Origin: the human T2T-CHM13v2.0 reference genome, Homo sapiens
Strand: one strand, 5' to 3'
Length of the DNA stretch: 64,000 nt
Assembly: GCF_009914755.1 (NCBI RefSeq)
Contig: NC_060940.1
Shown: piece after piece, positions 43,920 to 61,989 of the stretch
How the letters are laid out: every line of letters begins with the position of its first letter
How positions within the stretch are numbered: the stretch's first letter is position 1
Notes under the pieces: generated by a model
The model's input: the letters and a program-made list of their open reading frames with translations, nothing else
What the model was told of the DNA's origin: nothing
Database searches by the model: none
Made by a program: the position numbers and the translations under genes

Positions 43920-45593
43920 TAAAGATTAAGTCAGCCACACAAAGCACACATATTTCAGACAAACAATCCCCCCACAGGGAAGCTCTTGCTAGGATTTTGT
44001 TATTTTCTCTAAATTACTCTAATAGGGTGATAGCTTACAGTGGGGGCCCTCCATTTGCAACTCATTTAGAAGAACAGAAGCTCTAGAGAGAGTGAGATTT
44101 GGGTTTGAATCCCAGCTCTGCCCCTCACTGGCTGAGTAACCTGAGTCTCTGTTCTGTCCCTAGTAATACTGAGATAGTAACACCCACTTCACAAAGTTAC
44201 TGTGAGATTGCACGAGTAAAGAGCAGAGGAAATTCTTGTATTGAATGCTTAGTACACTTAAGAGGTGATCATTGCATTCACTAATGATGTTTTTAAAATA
44301 CTCTTCCTCATTTGAGCACTAACTTAAGTTAGATAAGTTAGGCTTAGAGAGGTTAAGCAACTTGCTTGGAGTCACACAGATAGAGAAGGCACAGCTGGGA
44401 TTGGACTGCAGAACAGTAAAACTCCAAGTTTGTCTCTTTCTGATATACCTCATTGCCTTTGAGCAGGGCATGAAAATCTGGAATGTTGCTTCCAAATTTA
44501 GGGGTTTTTTTTTGGTTGGGGTGCAGGGGAGAAGGAGGAAGAGGAAAATGTTTCAAATGTTTGGGAAGTAAAGAGGAGAAACCTTTCTTTTGAAAGTGAG
44601 CACTGATGGGTCTAGGGTTTTACTCTCTTGAGGCAGTGAGTGTGTCACATTGATTTCCTTCTCTGATGGGAAAGGATTAGGAAACAAAAGAAAGGACAGA
44701 CAAGGTGAAAAGGAGGGTGTGGATCTACAGGAATGAAACACTGGTAAAGCAGCCTAGAGGCAAACTTGAGGCTGAGGGTTTAAATGGCCAGCCTATAGGA
44801 GTGCGTACCCAGTATATGAAGAATTCTTAACAGATCAATAATAAGAAGATACATGACCTGATTTAGAAATTGGCAAAGGATTTTAAGAGGCATTTTCCCA
44901 AAGACGACATACAGATGACCAATAAGCACATGAAAAGATGCTTAATGTAATTAGCCATCACGGAAATGCAAATCAAAACCACAGCGAGATACCACTTCAT
45001 ACACATGAGGGTGGCCAGAATGAAAAAAACAGACAATAACAAGTGTTGGGGAGGATGTGGAGAAATTAGAACCCACACACATTGCTGGTGGGGGTGTAAA
45101 ATGACATAGCCACTTTGAGAAATAGTTTGAAAGTTTTTCAAGATATTAAATGTGGCACCACCACAGGACCCAGCAATATCACTCCTAGATATATACCCAG
45201 GAGAACTGAAAACATATGTCCAAACAAAAACTTGTACAGGAATGTTCATAGCAGCATTATTCATAACAACCAAAAAGTGGAAACAACCTAAATGTTTAAC
45301 AACTGGTGATTAGATAAACAAAATGTGGTATATCAATGCACTGGAATATTATTCAGCCATGAAAAATAATGAAGTATTGATATACACTACAACATGGATG
45401 AACCTCAAAATATTATGCAAAGAGAAAAAAGTTGGGTACAGAAAGACCACAATTGTATCATTCTACTTATATTAATTTTCCAGAAAACACAAATGTATTG
45501 AAACAAAAAGTAGATTAGTGATTGCTTAAGGGATGGGCTAGGGTGGGGAGATGGGAAGTGACTGCAAATGGGGATAAGGTTTCCTTTGGGGTT

Positions 45594-48912
<3,319 letters not shown>

Positions 48913-49875
48913 GGATGAGAAAAGTATTCTAAAATTAGGTTTGGTGATGTTTACAAAATTCTGTAAATATACTGAATGTCATTGAATAAATAGTGAATTG
49001 TATGGTATGTAAGTTGTATCTTAATAAAGCTATTGAAAGATTAGTGGTCCCTTGTCCCATCTAGTGAATGACAACCACTGGACCCCAAGCAGTCGGACCC
49101 CAGACCCCACTTTCTTATCCACTACAGAGCACAGCCACACTTTAGCACGAACATAAACCTCAAACTTCCTACTTTACTTTTTTCTCAAAGGCCCCAGGAA
49201 CCCTCCTTGGGAAAAGCCAGGAATGACCAGTCCCCAGCTTTGGTGCTAGTAGAGGCAGCTCCTACAATTGCTCTCAGAGCAGCTCCAGCCACCATCCATC
49301 CCAGAGGCATGGGCGGGGGGACTCACATCCAACAACATCTCAAATGTGATTAAGTCAGCAGTATGTCCAATGTGTTCACTAGATTTGCATCATGGCTCCA
49401 GAGCCTGGCCAGGCATTCATCTGGAACAAACCTTGCAGAACTGGGCAGCCAACTAATTAATTGTTGCATCAATAAAGCCAGGGTTTGACTATCTCATGAT
49501 GAATTACCTTGTTTAAAAGAACTTAACAGGTGTATTAAATAAAGAAAACAATGGAGATCGATACTAGAGAATTTCCTTAGCCAAAGAGTCAGCATTTCTC
49601 ATTAACTAGAGGTCAGTGGTGAGAAGAGAGTTTATTCGCAGAGCAGAGATGATGTTTCTCTCTGGCAAGGCTATACTTAGTTAATATGTAGGATTTTAAA
49701 ACAGGAAAAGCAGAATACTGGAACCCTGGAAACAGTTAGGAAGTCGTTGGCACAAAACTCAAAACTTTGGAGTTGGTGAGACTTGTGTTCAAACACCAGG
49801 TACTTCACTCTCTAGCCATGGGTCTCAGCAAACCACCTAACCTGGGGCTCAGTTTAACTCATCTGCAAAATGGGG

Positions 49876-51109
49876 TGTAAACCAACACTAAAACTCTAAG
49901 GCCTCCAAATGACTAAACGGACCTCCTCTCAGCCAATGGAGCCTGAAAAACTAATTCTGGCCATGTCAGGAAGGAGAAGTCAGACATGCCTCATTGTCTC
50001 CTCTTTCCTTTGGTGTTCAGGTACACAACTGATCAGGATTAACATTAAAATAGAAATCCTAAGACTGACAGAACAGATTCTTTGTAGCAATAAAATATCC
50101 AATTCCAACCTGACTCTACTACAGCATCACATGACAGCAGGGCTTTGAAAGAAATCAAAGTATTTTACCCCAAAATATATTTCTTTGACATATTTTGAAA
50201 TGGCACTGCAAAGCTGTCTCTTGTGGGAGAAATTTGCATTCTATAGCAAATCCCCTTTGCTTTCTAGGTCTTTTTCTGATCCTGAAGATATTGGCTGAGA
50301 GTCTAGTGCCTTTTAAGGGTCTGAATCAGAGACATTTGCCATCTATTGCCTCTAGGGATGATCACCTATGAGACTTCATCTACATAATAAAAACCTTGGT
50401 CTCCACAACTCTTTATCTTAATCCAGATACTTCTTTCTATTAATTCCAGGTCTTTTGTTGTTTCTCTTTTTTTTTTTTTTTTTTTGAGATGGAGTTTTAC
50501 TCTTGTCACCCAGGCTGCAGTGCAATGGCACAATCTCAGCTCACTGCAACCCTCCTGGATTCAGGCCATTCTCTTCCCTCAGCCACAGGAGTAGCTGGGA
50601 TTACAGGTGCCCACGACCATGCCCAGCTAATTTTTGTATTTTTAGTAGAGACAGGGTTTCACCATGTTAGCCAGGCTGGTTTCAAGCTCCTGGCCTCAGG
50701 TGATCCACCTGCCTTGGCCTCCCAAAGTGCTGAGATAACAGGCGAGAGCCACCACATATGGCCTCCTTCCTGGTCTTTAGATAATAACTCAACCATTTGG
50801 CAATCATAACATCTTTGAAACCACCCATGACCTCCAAGCCTCACCACCCCTTCAAGCTGTCTCACCTTTCTGGACCAAACCAATGTATGCCTGACACGTA
50901 TTGATTGATGTTTTGTCTCTACCTAAAACATAGAAAACCAAGCTATAGCCCAATTACCTTGAGCACATGTTCTCAGGACTTCCTGAGGCTGTGTCACAGG
51001 TCAAGATCCAAAAGTTTGGCAAAAAAAAAAAAAAAAAATCTAAATTGATTAAAAATTTTAGAAAAATTAGAAACAGGAAGTATTTGTCTCAGATACTTTT
51101 TGGCTTACA
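49876..51109 (+). mobile_element. MER4-family solo LTR (MER4B-like), inserted in a MIR, contains an Alu
   Basis: TGTAAACCAA...GGCTTACA termini, 4-bp TSD GGGG, MIR continues on both sides. Confidence 0.82.
50468..50765 (-). mobile_element. Alu (AluS-type) inside the MER4 LTR
   Basis: T tail plus reverse-complement dimer; TSD-like TTCC(A/T)GGTCTTT. Confidence 0.92.
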
Positions 51110-54100
51110 GGGGACAATAACAAAATGACTATCCTAGTGTTGTTAGGAGGATTAAATTAGATAAAAGGGAGTAATATTGCAGTGCTTGCTAAGTCAGTGC
51201 CCAATAAATGTTTGCTATTAATCATATAACATTTTTCTCTTGTTAAGATGTTTTCAGAATCAAAAGCATCATTTCCATCCTCCTCCACAGAAGATGACAT
51301 CATCAGGATTAAAAAAGAATTTTAAGTTAACATATGCTAAAATGGACTTTTTTGATACACAGTTCTATGAATTTTAACACATGTATAAATTTGTATAACT
51401 AACACTATAATCAGTATACAGAATAATTCCATCACTTGCCCAAAATTCTCTCATGCTACCCATTTGCAGTCACAACCCACCCTCTCTCTACCTCTAACTC
51501 CTGGCAGCCACAGAAGTGTTCTCATCCCCATAGCTTTGTAGTTTAGAGAATGTCATATAAATGGAATCATAGAGTATGTATTAATAACATTCTGAAACTG
51601 GCTTATTGCATGTACTGGTGGTTTGCTTCTTTTCACTGCTAAGTAGTATCCCAGTGTGTGGATGTACCACACATTTTATCTAATCTCTCATTGAAGGACA
51701 TTTGTGGTAGTTCAGCTTTTAGAGATTATTAAACTACTATGAATGTGCATGTGTAGGTTTTCATGTGAGTATAAGTTTTCATTTTCCCAGGGTAACTACC
51801 GAGGAGTGGGAACACTCGGTTATGTACTAAGGGTATGTTTAATTCATTAAAAACTGCCAAATTGTTTTCCAGAATGGCTGTATCATTCCCATTTGCAGTA
51901 GCAAAGTATGACAGTTCTAATTAGTCTGTCTGCATCCTTTACTTAGGTATTGGCAGTATTTTCTACTTTAGCCATCTGAATAGATGTATAGCAGTACCTC
52001 ATCATGGTTTTAAGTTGAATTTCCCTAATGGCTGATGGCATTAAACATCTTTTAATGTGCTTATTTGCCTTCCATCTACCCTCCGTGGCAAAGTGTCTAT
52101 TGAAGTTTGTTTGTTTGTTTGTTTTTGGCCCATTTTGTAACTTGTCTTCTGACAGCTGAGTTTGAGAGTTTTCTATATGTATTCTGGATACAAGTCCTTG
52201 GTTGGATATGTGATATGCAAACATTTTCACCCAGTCTACTGTTTGTCTTTTCACTTTTTTTAACAGCATCTTTCATAGAAAAAAAGTTCTATGTTTTGGT
52301 AAAGTTCAATTTATCCTTTTGTTTCTTGTAGAGTATGCTTTTAGTGTCACGCCTCATAACTCTTTGCCTTACCCAAGTCACAGATATCTTCTCTTCTATT
52401 TTCCTCTAAAAGTTTTGTAGTTTTTCCTTTTACATCTAGATCTATAGTCTATGTTGAGTTCATTTTTGCATTAAGTGTGAGGTGTTGATCAAAGTTCTAT
52501 TTTTTTTTGAATGTGGATGTCCAATTCAACATCATTTGTTGAAAAGAATATCTTTCTCCTATGAATTGCCTTTGCACCTTTCCAAAAATCAATTGAACAC
52601 ATTTATCTGGGTCTATGTCTGGAGTCTCTGTTCTCCTTCATTTATCTACTTATGTTGATTCGTTTGGCAATCCCATACTGTACTGATTATTGTGATTTTT
52701 ATAGTTAAATTTTAAAACTGGTATGACTCATCTAATTTTATTGTTTGTTTTTAAATTATTTTGGCCATTCTAGGTCCCTTGACTTTCCACAAAAAGTTTA
52801 GAATCTGGTTGAGAGATTATTTTTGGGTGGCTTTAAAGTATTAATTCAATGTATTTTATAGATCTAAGTCTACTGGGGCTATTTCATCTTGATGAATTTG
52901 GTAGTTTCAATGAGTTGGTTTGTTTCGTCTAAGTACTCAAATATATGTTTATAGAATTGTTTGTAGGGTTTCTTTATTAGTCCATTAATATCTGCAGGGT
53001 CTGTAGTATTCTCTTTTATTCATTCCTAACATTGGTAATTTATTTCCTCTTAGTTTTCTTTACCAGTTTTGCCAGAGGCTGATCAAATGCACTGATCTTT
53101 TCAAAGAACCAGTGTATTTTGGTTTCATTGATTTTTTTCATATTGCTTTTCTGATCTCAAGTCAGTTTACTAGTACTCTTCTCTTAATCATTTCCTTGTT
53201 GAAAACAAATACAATAACATTGTTCTATTTTGGGGAGATTTTTGCTCATTATTTTTAGATTTCTTAAAGCAAAAGCTTAAAGTGTTGACTTGAGACCTTT
53301 ATTCTTTCCGAATAAAAGTAATTAATTCTAACGTAAGTAAATTAATTATAAACTTACCACTAAGTACTACTTTATTTCTATTTCACTAATTTTGATATGT
53401 TGTGTTTTATTTTCATTCAGTTTCAGATATTTTCTAATATTCTTCAAAATTTCCTTTTTGATTAGTGGATTATTAAAGAATGTGTTGTTTAATTGCCAAT
53501 TTGTAAAAGATTTTTCTGTTGTCTTTCTGTTATTCATTTACAGTCAAATTATATTGTGATTAGATGCATACTTTGTCTAGGTTCGACTTTTTAAAATTGG
53601 TGAAGGTTTGTTTTATAACGCAAGATATAGTTTATCTTGGTAAATATTTCATGTGCACTTGAGAAGTATGCTGTTCTTGGGTGGACTATTCTATAAAGGT
53701 CCATTTGATTTAGGTTTTTTAGATGATATTGCTCATTTCTTCCAAATCCTTGTCAATCTATCAGCAAGTTCTATCTACTGTTGAGAGAAGTGTTGAAATA
53801 TTTAACTATAATTGTGGATTTGTCTATTTTCCCTTTCAGTTCTGTCAGCATGTGCTTTATATATTTTGAAGCTCTGTGAGATGCATATGCATTTAGTATT
53901 GTTATATCACCTTGGTGAATTTACCTTATATCATTAAATAATATTTGTCTTTATTAGTGATAATTTTCTTTGCTCTGGAGTCTACTTTGCTTGATATTAA
54001 TATACCCAGCTTTTCTTTTTTCTTTTTTTGTGTACAAGTTATAACTTTTTTGTTCCTTATAATCTTTTATGTTTCTTTTAAGCTACCTATATTATTATAC

Positions 54101-54751
54101 TTGAAGTTAGTTTCTTACAGACAGCATATAAGATCGTGACATTTAATTCATTTTTACGATCACTGCTTTTAATTGGCATGTTAGAGCATTTACACTAGTT
54201 GCAATTATTGACATATTTGGAAACAGATGATGTACCACTTTATTATTTGATTCCTGTTTGTTCCTGCTGGTTTTTGACCCTTTGTTTCCTTTTGTCTGCC
54301 TTCTTTTGTGTTACGTGAACCTTTTTCTAGTATCCCATTTTAACTCGTATATATGGTTTTCACTATATCTCTTTGTGTAGTTATTTTGTAGTGGTTGCTC
54401 TAAAAATACTTAATTTTTCAGTCTATTTTGAGTCCATAATATACCACTTCAAGTAGAACATGAAAATATTGCCACCATATAGGTCTTTTTTCCCTCCCTC
54501 TTTGTGTTAGTGTTGTCTTATAAATTCTATATAAATATATTTAAAATTTCATTGGACAATATTTGACAAATATTTCAAAAAAATATTTGCTATCAACTGT
54601 TGAAGCTGTTGTAAAATCTCAAGAGGAGAAGAATAGTCTATGATATTTACCCAGATATTTATAATTTCTGTTGCTGTTCCTTCATCATCAATGTTCCAAA
54701 TTTCTTTCTGGCACTGTTTTGCTTTTGTCTAAAGAATTTCATTTAGCAATT

Positions 54752-55052
<301 letters not shown>

Positions 55053-56167
55053 TTAGCAATTCTTTTAGAGCACATGCTAGCAACAAATTCTCTTGCGTTT
55101 TCTTCATGTGAGAATGTTTATACCTTACCTTAACTCCTGAAGGATATTTTCTCTGTGTATCAAACTGTGAGCTAACAGTTATTTTTTTCACATTAAAAAT
55201 ATTGTTCTACTTCATTTTGGCTTCCAGAGTTTCTGCTGAGAAATGCAGAGTCAATACAGTTGTTGTTCCCTTATAAATAACACACTTTCCTCCTCTGCCC
55301 CTTTGGGTGCATTCCATATCTTCCTTTGTCTTTAATTTTCTGGAGTTTGAGATGATATATCTTGGCATGAAGTTTTGAGGTTTATCCCGTTTGGGGTTCA
55401 CTAAGCTTCCAGGTTTATGAATTTTTTGGCCAAACTTGGGAAGTTAGCAGTGATTAATAAAAACACTTTTTCTGCCTCACATTCTTCTGTTTTTCGTAAC
55501 ATAAACAGGTCTTATAGTGTTATCTCTGAGACTGTGTTCAGTTTTTGGAATTTTTTTCTCTCTCTGTTGTTCAAGTTGGATACTTTCTACTGATCTAAAA
55601 GTTTACTGTTTTCCTCCATTATTTCATTATGTTATTTCATCATTCTAGTCAGTTTTTATTTTGTTGCATTTTTCTGTTCTAAATTTTATATTTGGTTCTT
55701 TGTTATATTTTCTATTTCTTTGCAAAACGTTTAATATCTTTATCATCCCAAAAATATTTGTCTCTTGGAACATTTTTGTCATCAGTGTTTTAATCTTTTT
55801 TTCATATAATTTCCACATCTGTGTCATGTTGGTGTTGACATTTGTTGGATTGCCTTTTTCTGTGCAAGTTGAATTTTTCTGATTCTTCATATGCTGCATA
55901 ATATTGGATTTTATCCTAATATTATGAGACTTTGGATGTTGTTTAAATCCTGTTGAAAATAGGTATTCTTGTTTTAGTGGGGAACTGATCTAGTGAGTTT
56001 GGATCACAGTTTCTGCCATCTTTTTCTAGGTCGTAGTTTCAGTGTTACTTCTACTCTGAAAGGCTTTTCAGTGCTATTTGGATTTGACTCTTTCATGAGC
56101 CACTCATTAGTCAGTTGGGAGCTCGCTGGTGTCTATTTCTTAGTTCAGTTCTGAAAGTCTTTGGTAC

Positions 56168-56501
56168 TGTATTAGTCCATTTTCACACTGCTGTAAAGAA
56201 TTACCTGAGAGTGGGTAATTTATGAAGAAAAAATGTTTAATTGACTGTCAGTTCTGCATGGCTGTGGAGACCTCAGGAAACTTACAGTCATGGCAGAAAG
56301 TGAAGGGGAAGCAAGCGTCTACTTCACAAGGCAGCAGGAAAGAGAGAGAGAGCACAGAGGGGAAGCGTCACACTTTTAAACCATCAGGTCTCATGAGAAC
56401 TCACCACTCTCACAAGAACCGCATGGGGGAAACCCCCATAATCCATTCACCTCCCAATTCGAGATGATATTTGGGTGGGGACACAGAGCCAAACCACATC
56501 A
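56168..56501 (-). mobile_element. MSTA-like MaLR solo LTR
   Basis: 'tgtattagtccattttcacactgctgtaaagaattacctgag...cagagccaaaccacatca'. Confidence 0.87.
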
Positions 56502-57982
56502 GATACTTTGAAAAGAACCATACCCACCCACAGAAGTTCAGCTCAGGGGTGAGCGCCGTAGATTATGAACAACATTATGGAGGCATTTTCTGGAGCTCCT
56601 ACCTGTCCATGATCTTCCTTATAGTTTTTCAAATTTCCTGGTTCACCTCTTTTTAGTCCTCTAGCTGGAGAGCTGGGCTTATTTCCCTCACTTGGCTTTG
56701 CACTGCCATGAATGTGCCCATATATGGGGCCAAGTCCTATGAGGACAGAGAAAATAAGAGCCAATTTTTGCCCTATCCTCTTGGAAACGCAGCTTCTTCA
56801 GTTAGAAAGTTTCCTTCCCTTAGATCTTTAGGCCCCTTGTGGCTGCTGCTGTCACTACCAGAATATTCCTTTCCTGCTCCTTGAGCCTGAAATAAAAGGA
56901 CTTCTGGATGTCTGACTCCATCGATGCCCACTTCTTGGGTTTGCTGCTACGTTGAGTCCAGGCTGTGGATACCAGAGGGAAAAATGCTAAACTTACTGAT
57001 GAGTCTGTGGCACTTTAGTATCTTTCCCCCAATCTGCCTCTTACTTTTTACTTTCCAGAGTTTTCTAATAGCTGATCCATACATTATGCTTAGGTTTTAC
57101 ATCTCTATTCAGTGGGAGAGGAAAGATGTTGTGAACTCATTTCATACCACCCCTGAATTGAAATAATCTGGGTAGTTTTAAGGCATGGCATTATCCTTAT
57201 AATGAATACAATGGATTCTAGAGTAGGAATAGTTAAAAATTTATTTATTAAAGACAGAGTAGCTTAAGGGTCTTACCTTATAGATTTCCCCCCAACTTGC
57301 AAAATAAGTATTATCCCCTTTCATGAGGGCTTATGTATTAAATTCCTCCAACAGCACACAACTGGTAGCATAAGCAGGATTTGAACTCAGTTTTGCTAGC
57401 TCTAAGGCCCATTATTCTTCCAGTAGCACGTGCTGATTTCAGATAATAATCTTATTATCTGCAAGCATAAAGCTTATGATTTCCTTTCTTGGATAATGGT
57501 GATTGATGGCAGCCCTTAAATGGTGGAATTGGATCATCAAGTCCCAATAATAACAACCTAAGACAATTCATTGCTTTCTAAGCCTTTGTTCTTTCCCAGT
57601 GATTTGTGAAGGGGATGGCCACCTTCTATGGCTTGCAGCCCTGTCCTTTGGCAACACATCTGCCTTAGAAGCCTGACCCCTCACTCCAATTTTGCAGGTG
57701 ACTATGATGGAAAAGAGACAGAGTTGAGGCTACTCGTGTTAAATGCAGTAACATAGTTAAGGAAAAGCAATCCATTCTGTAGTCATGAGAATGAAGGACA
57801 CACAGCTAGCAGCTGAGATCCACAGAGGAATCCAGTGATGACTGTCACACCACTCCTGAAAAAAATGTGCCCAATAGCTGGTTGGAGCCAAAGGGTCTGA
57901 TATATATTGGTCATTTTTAGAATAAAAAATGTTAACTCACCCAAGCATCTTTGTGTCCCATTTGGTGATGCCTTTGCATCTG

Positions 57983-58310
<328 letters not shown>

Positions 58311-60016
58311 TAATGTATTCAGACAATAGAGAAAGGGGTGAATAAGACGATTAAGAGTACAAGATGGAAAGTGTTAACATTCTTGCAGAAGATACTAGGG
58401 CTCTGAAATCTCTGTCAGTAATTTAAAAAATCAAAGTGCAAGGTATGGAGCACTAAAACAGAAGTTAGGAGACCATATTAATTAGAATTCTTTCAGTGAG
58501 TAGTGTGAGAAACCATCTCAAATTGAGTTAAAGAGAAGAACAAAAATGTACTGACCTAACAAAATATATTGGCTATGTTTCCTCAGATTCTAGGAAGTAA
58601 CTAGCTTCAGGTGTGTCTTGATCAAGCACACAGTAACATTAGGAATCTCGTCCTCTATGTAGTTTCCTCTGTGTTGGCTTTTTCCTCAACATGGCTCCCT
58701 ATGCATGATGGCAATGATGGTTACCAGTAGCTCCTGGTTTTCATCCTAGCTAAGTAGTGATCCTACCAAAAAGATGACACCTCTTTCTCAATAATCCCAG
58801 AATAAGCTTTAAGTCTGATTCTCATTGCCTATTATTGACCCTACTTTAATGATATGTGTATTTTAACCATCTCTGCAGTCGTGAAGATTCATTTCTCTAC
58901 CTGGACATGCCTGGATCATTTGGCTATTTCTGTACCTCCCTGGGAGAGACCAGCTTAACCTAAATTACAAGGGCTGAGAGGAAAGAGGAGGTGTCATCCA
59001 AAGGAAAATTAAGGTCTTATTGCCAACTAAATGCAGAGGGGAAGGGATTCTAGTTAGTAACTAGTTAGGAAAAGAAAACAATGAAAAAAAAAGAAAGAAA
59101 AAATAAAAATGTCTGCTGCATCTGCTGTCCAATACCAGCTCTGCTACTTACTAGTTCTGTGACCTTAAACAAATCCTTTCTTTCTCTGATCTTTTGTTTC
59201 TTCATATACCAAAGAGAAGGACGTGAACAGTAGGTTTAAGATCCTTTCCAGCTCTAAATATTCTTTGATTATGGATCATGTACACACAAATGCTCCTCAA
59301 ATCCCATATCACAAACACCATCTTTACACCTAGAGCTTAAAGAAGGTAGTTTTAGAAAAAATGCAAGGAAAGGCTTCTTCCTAGAATTTATTGTTTGAAG
59401 AACATGGACTCTGAAGCTGACAGCTCAGGCTTTAGTGCCAGATTTCCAACAGGTCCTGCACTGTCTCATACAAATTGTGGTGCTTGGTATGAACAACAGG
59501 TTTCATAACAATACCTCCCTTCGAGAGTTGTGATGGAGAGTATGGCAGACAGCATTCCAAGACGGTCCCATGATTCCGACTGCCAGGCATCCTTGCCCTG
59601 TACGAGCCTTCCACATTTCTTTTCGTTACTTGGTGGAATTCCTTGAGTGAGGAGAAACCTGTGATTTGCTTCTAGCCAATGGAAAATGGCAAAGATGATG
59701 GGATAGTCACTCCTGTGTTTGTATTACATTATATAATGCCTCATCTTAGCCTGTGACTTGCTTCTAGCCAATAGAAAATGGAAAATATGATGGGATAATC
59801 ACTCCTGTGTTTGTATTACATTATCTAAGGCTCCATCTTAGCCCACTGGAGCAAAAGATCCTCCCTATCATCTTGAAGAATTAAGCTGTCATGTTATGAG
59901 AGGCAGGGACCAATCACAGGGACTTGAGCCTGCAAATAAAGTCCTGGTTCTTCAACTATAAGGAAATGAATTCTACCAAGTCACTGAAAGGAATTTGAAG
60001 GTGGATGTTTCCCCAT

Positions 60017-60549
60017 TGTCTTAGCCTGTTTTCTATTGCTTATAACAGAATACCTGACACTGGGAAATTTATGAGAAATAAACTTTATTTCTTATGGTTC
60101 TGGAGGCTGAGAAGTCCAAGGTCAAAGGGGGGCATCTGATGAGAGCCTTCTTGCTGATGGGAACTCTGAGGAGAGTCATGGTGGCACAGGCCATCACAAG
60201 GTGTCACAGGGCATCATGAAGTGGCACAGGGCATCACGAGGTGGAACAGGGCATGGCAAGGTAGCACAGGATGTCACGAGGTGGCACAGGATGTCCCATG
60301 GTGAGTAGCTGAGTATGCTAGCTCAGGTCTGTCTTCCTCTTCTTATAAAGCCACCAGTCTCACTCCCACGATAACCCATCAATCCATCAACCCACTAATC
60401 CATTAATTCATGAATGGGTCAATTAATTCTTTGAGGCAGAGGCTCTCATGACCCAATCACCTCTTAAGGGCACCACCTTTCAATCCTGCCACATTGGGGA
60501 TCAAGTTTCAACACGAGCTTTGGAGGGGACACACATTTAAACCATAGCA
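60017..60549 (-). mobile_element. MSTC-like MaLR solo LTR
   Basis: 'tgtcttagcctgttttctattgcttataacagaatacctg...agctcaggtctgtcttcctcttcttataaagccacc...aaaccatagca'. Confidence 0.85.
60181..60300. repeat. 20-bp tandem repeat x6 (GTGGCACAGGGCATCACGAG consensus)
   Basis: Units start at 60181, 60201, 60221, 60241, 60261 and 60281. Confidence 0.92.
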
Positions 60550-61989
60550 CCCTGTCAGTCCTCCAAATCGGAATGCAGCCTGGCTAATACCTTGAGTGTG
60601 GCCTTATGAAACCTTGAAGAGGAAAACCAGCTAAGCTCTGCCTGGGACTCTAACCCATGGAAAATGAGAGGTAGTACATGTTTGCTATTTTAAGATGCTA
60701 AGTTTGCGGTGATTTGTTATGCAGTAGTAGAAAATTAATACAAAGTGTTAATTAGATAATGCATGCAAAATGAATAACTTAGCAAGATGCCTGGCTAAGT
60801 ATTCAATATTAGCTATTCTTCTTATTATAATGACAGAGTTTGGCATTGCAGACATAAGACAACACAATACTATAAATCTCTCTGTGACCTTCAGGGATGG
60901 CTTTCTGGGCTGGACAGACCATCTTTGCAGACATCTATACAGCCAAATGATGACCAAGCTGATGAGCCATTTACTTGAAATACAATTTATCATCATCTAG
61001 TTTCAGTGGAGACTAGTTTATAGTATAATGGAAACTGATCCAGAGTATTAGTATTGGAAAGGCACTAAGCTTATACAATAAGAAAGGAGATTGGGTGAGG
61101 AAGAACAGGTGTTTCTAACAACTTGTTTTTAAAAAATCTATAATTGGGTTCATCTAGGCTCTGAAAGCTAAGAGAAAAGAAAATAACATTTATTGAGCAC
61201 CTGCCAGATGGTCTCGAGTGCATTATTGTCTTTAATGTGAATAGTTTACAGGGAAGAAATTATCCTCTTTATTTCGCAAGTGAAGAGGATGAGCTCAAAG
61301 GTAGGTGACACACTCAGGGTCACCCAGGTCTAATCCACAGCTCTTGCTGACTTTGATAACTGGGAGACTCCTAGGAATCTACTATAATGGGACTGTAATA
61401 TTTGTATTGAAAGGAATCTAGCTTATGAAAGAGGAAAATGAGAATGAATGAATAGGAATAAGAGCTAAAAAACCTTGATGTGGAAACTTTGACATTTGTC
61501 TCAACTCAGACGGATGATAGGTTTTCAAGAAAACAAACTTTAAAGGAGACAACGCGAGATATATCCACTTCTGAAGCCCCTAGTGGAAGCACATACCTTT
61601 CATTTTTAAAGAGTGAACATTCATCATTTTCCTGGGAGCCTCTATATTGATTTTTTTCTTCCAAATTTTTTGAATTGACCACTGAAAATTGAAATGCCAG
61701 AGGGTGTCTTTCTTTCTTTCTCTAATCTTGTATTAGAATGTTTTTACTCTAGCTTGTTCCAAACAGGACTTGAAGCAGTTATCAAAGATATATGCAATAG
61801 TTCAGAAATTATAACTAATTAATTAAGAAGATGCAAATAAAAAATCCAAACTACAAACAATAGAGTGAGGGAAGCAAGATTTGTTATACAAAATCTATGC
61901 CACGGGGTCCTGGACACTTGGTCTTGGTCAGCTGCAGATTTTCCTCTGTACTTCCTGATGTCCAACAGGAAAAGACAAAGACAGTAAAT

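Larger units (their letters stand above)
59541..60742 (+). mobile_element. MLT1E-like MaLR LTR with an internal 92-bp duplication, interrupted by an MSTC
   Basis: 'tatggcagacagcattccaagacggtccc...cctgtgatttgcttctagccaat...ctaagtttgcggtgatttgttatgcag..gaaaattaataca'. Confidence 0.8.

Noticed and set aside
57495-57780. Perfect TGATTGATGG (PBX-HOX) site at 57500 and a possible acceptor 'ttttgcag|gtg' near 57698
   Set aside because: Single short motifs with no clustering, matching donor or ORF; within chance expectation.
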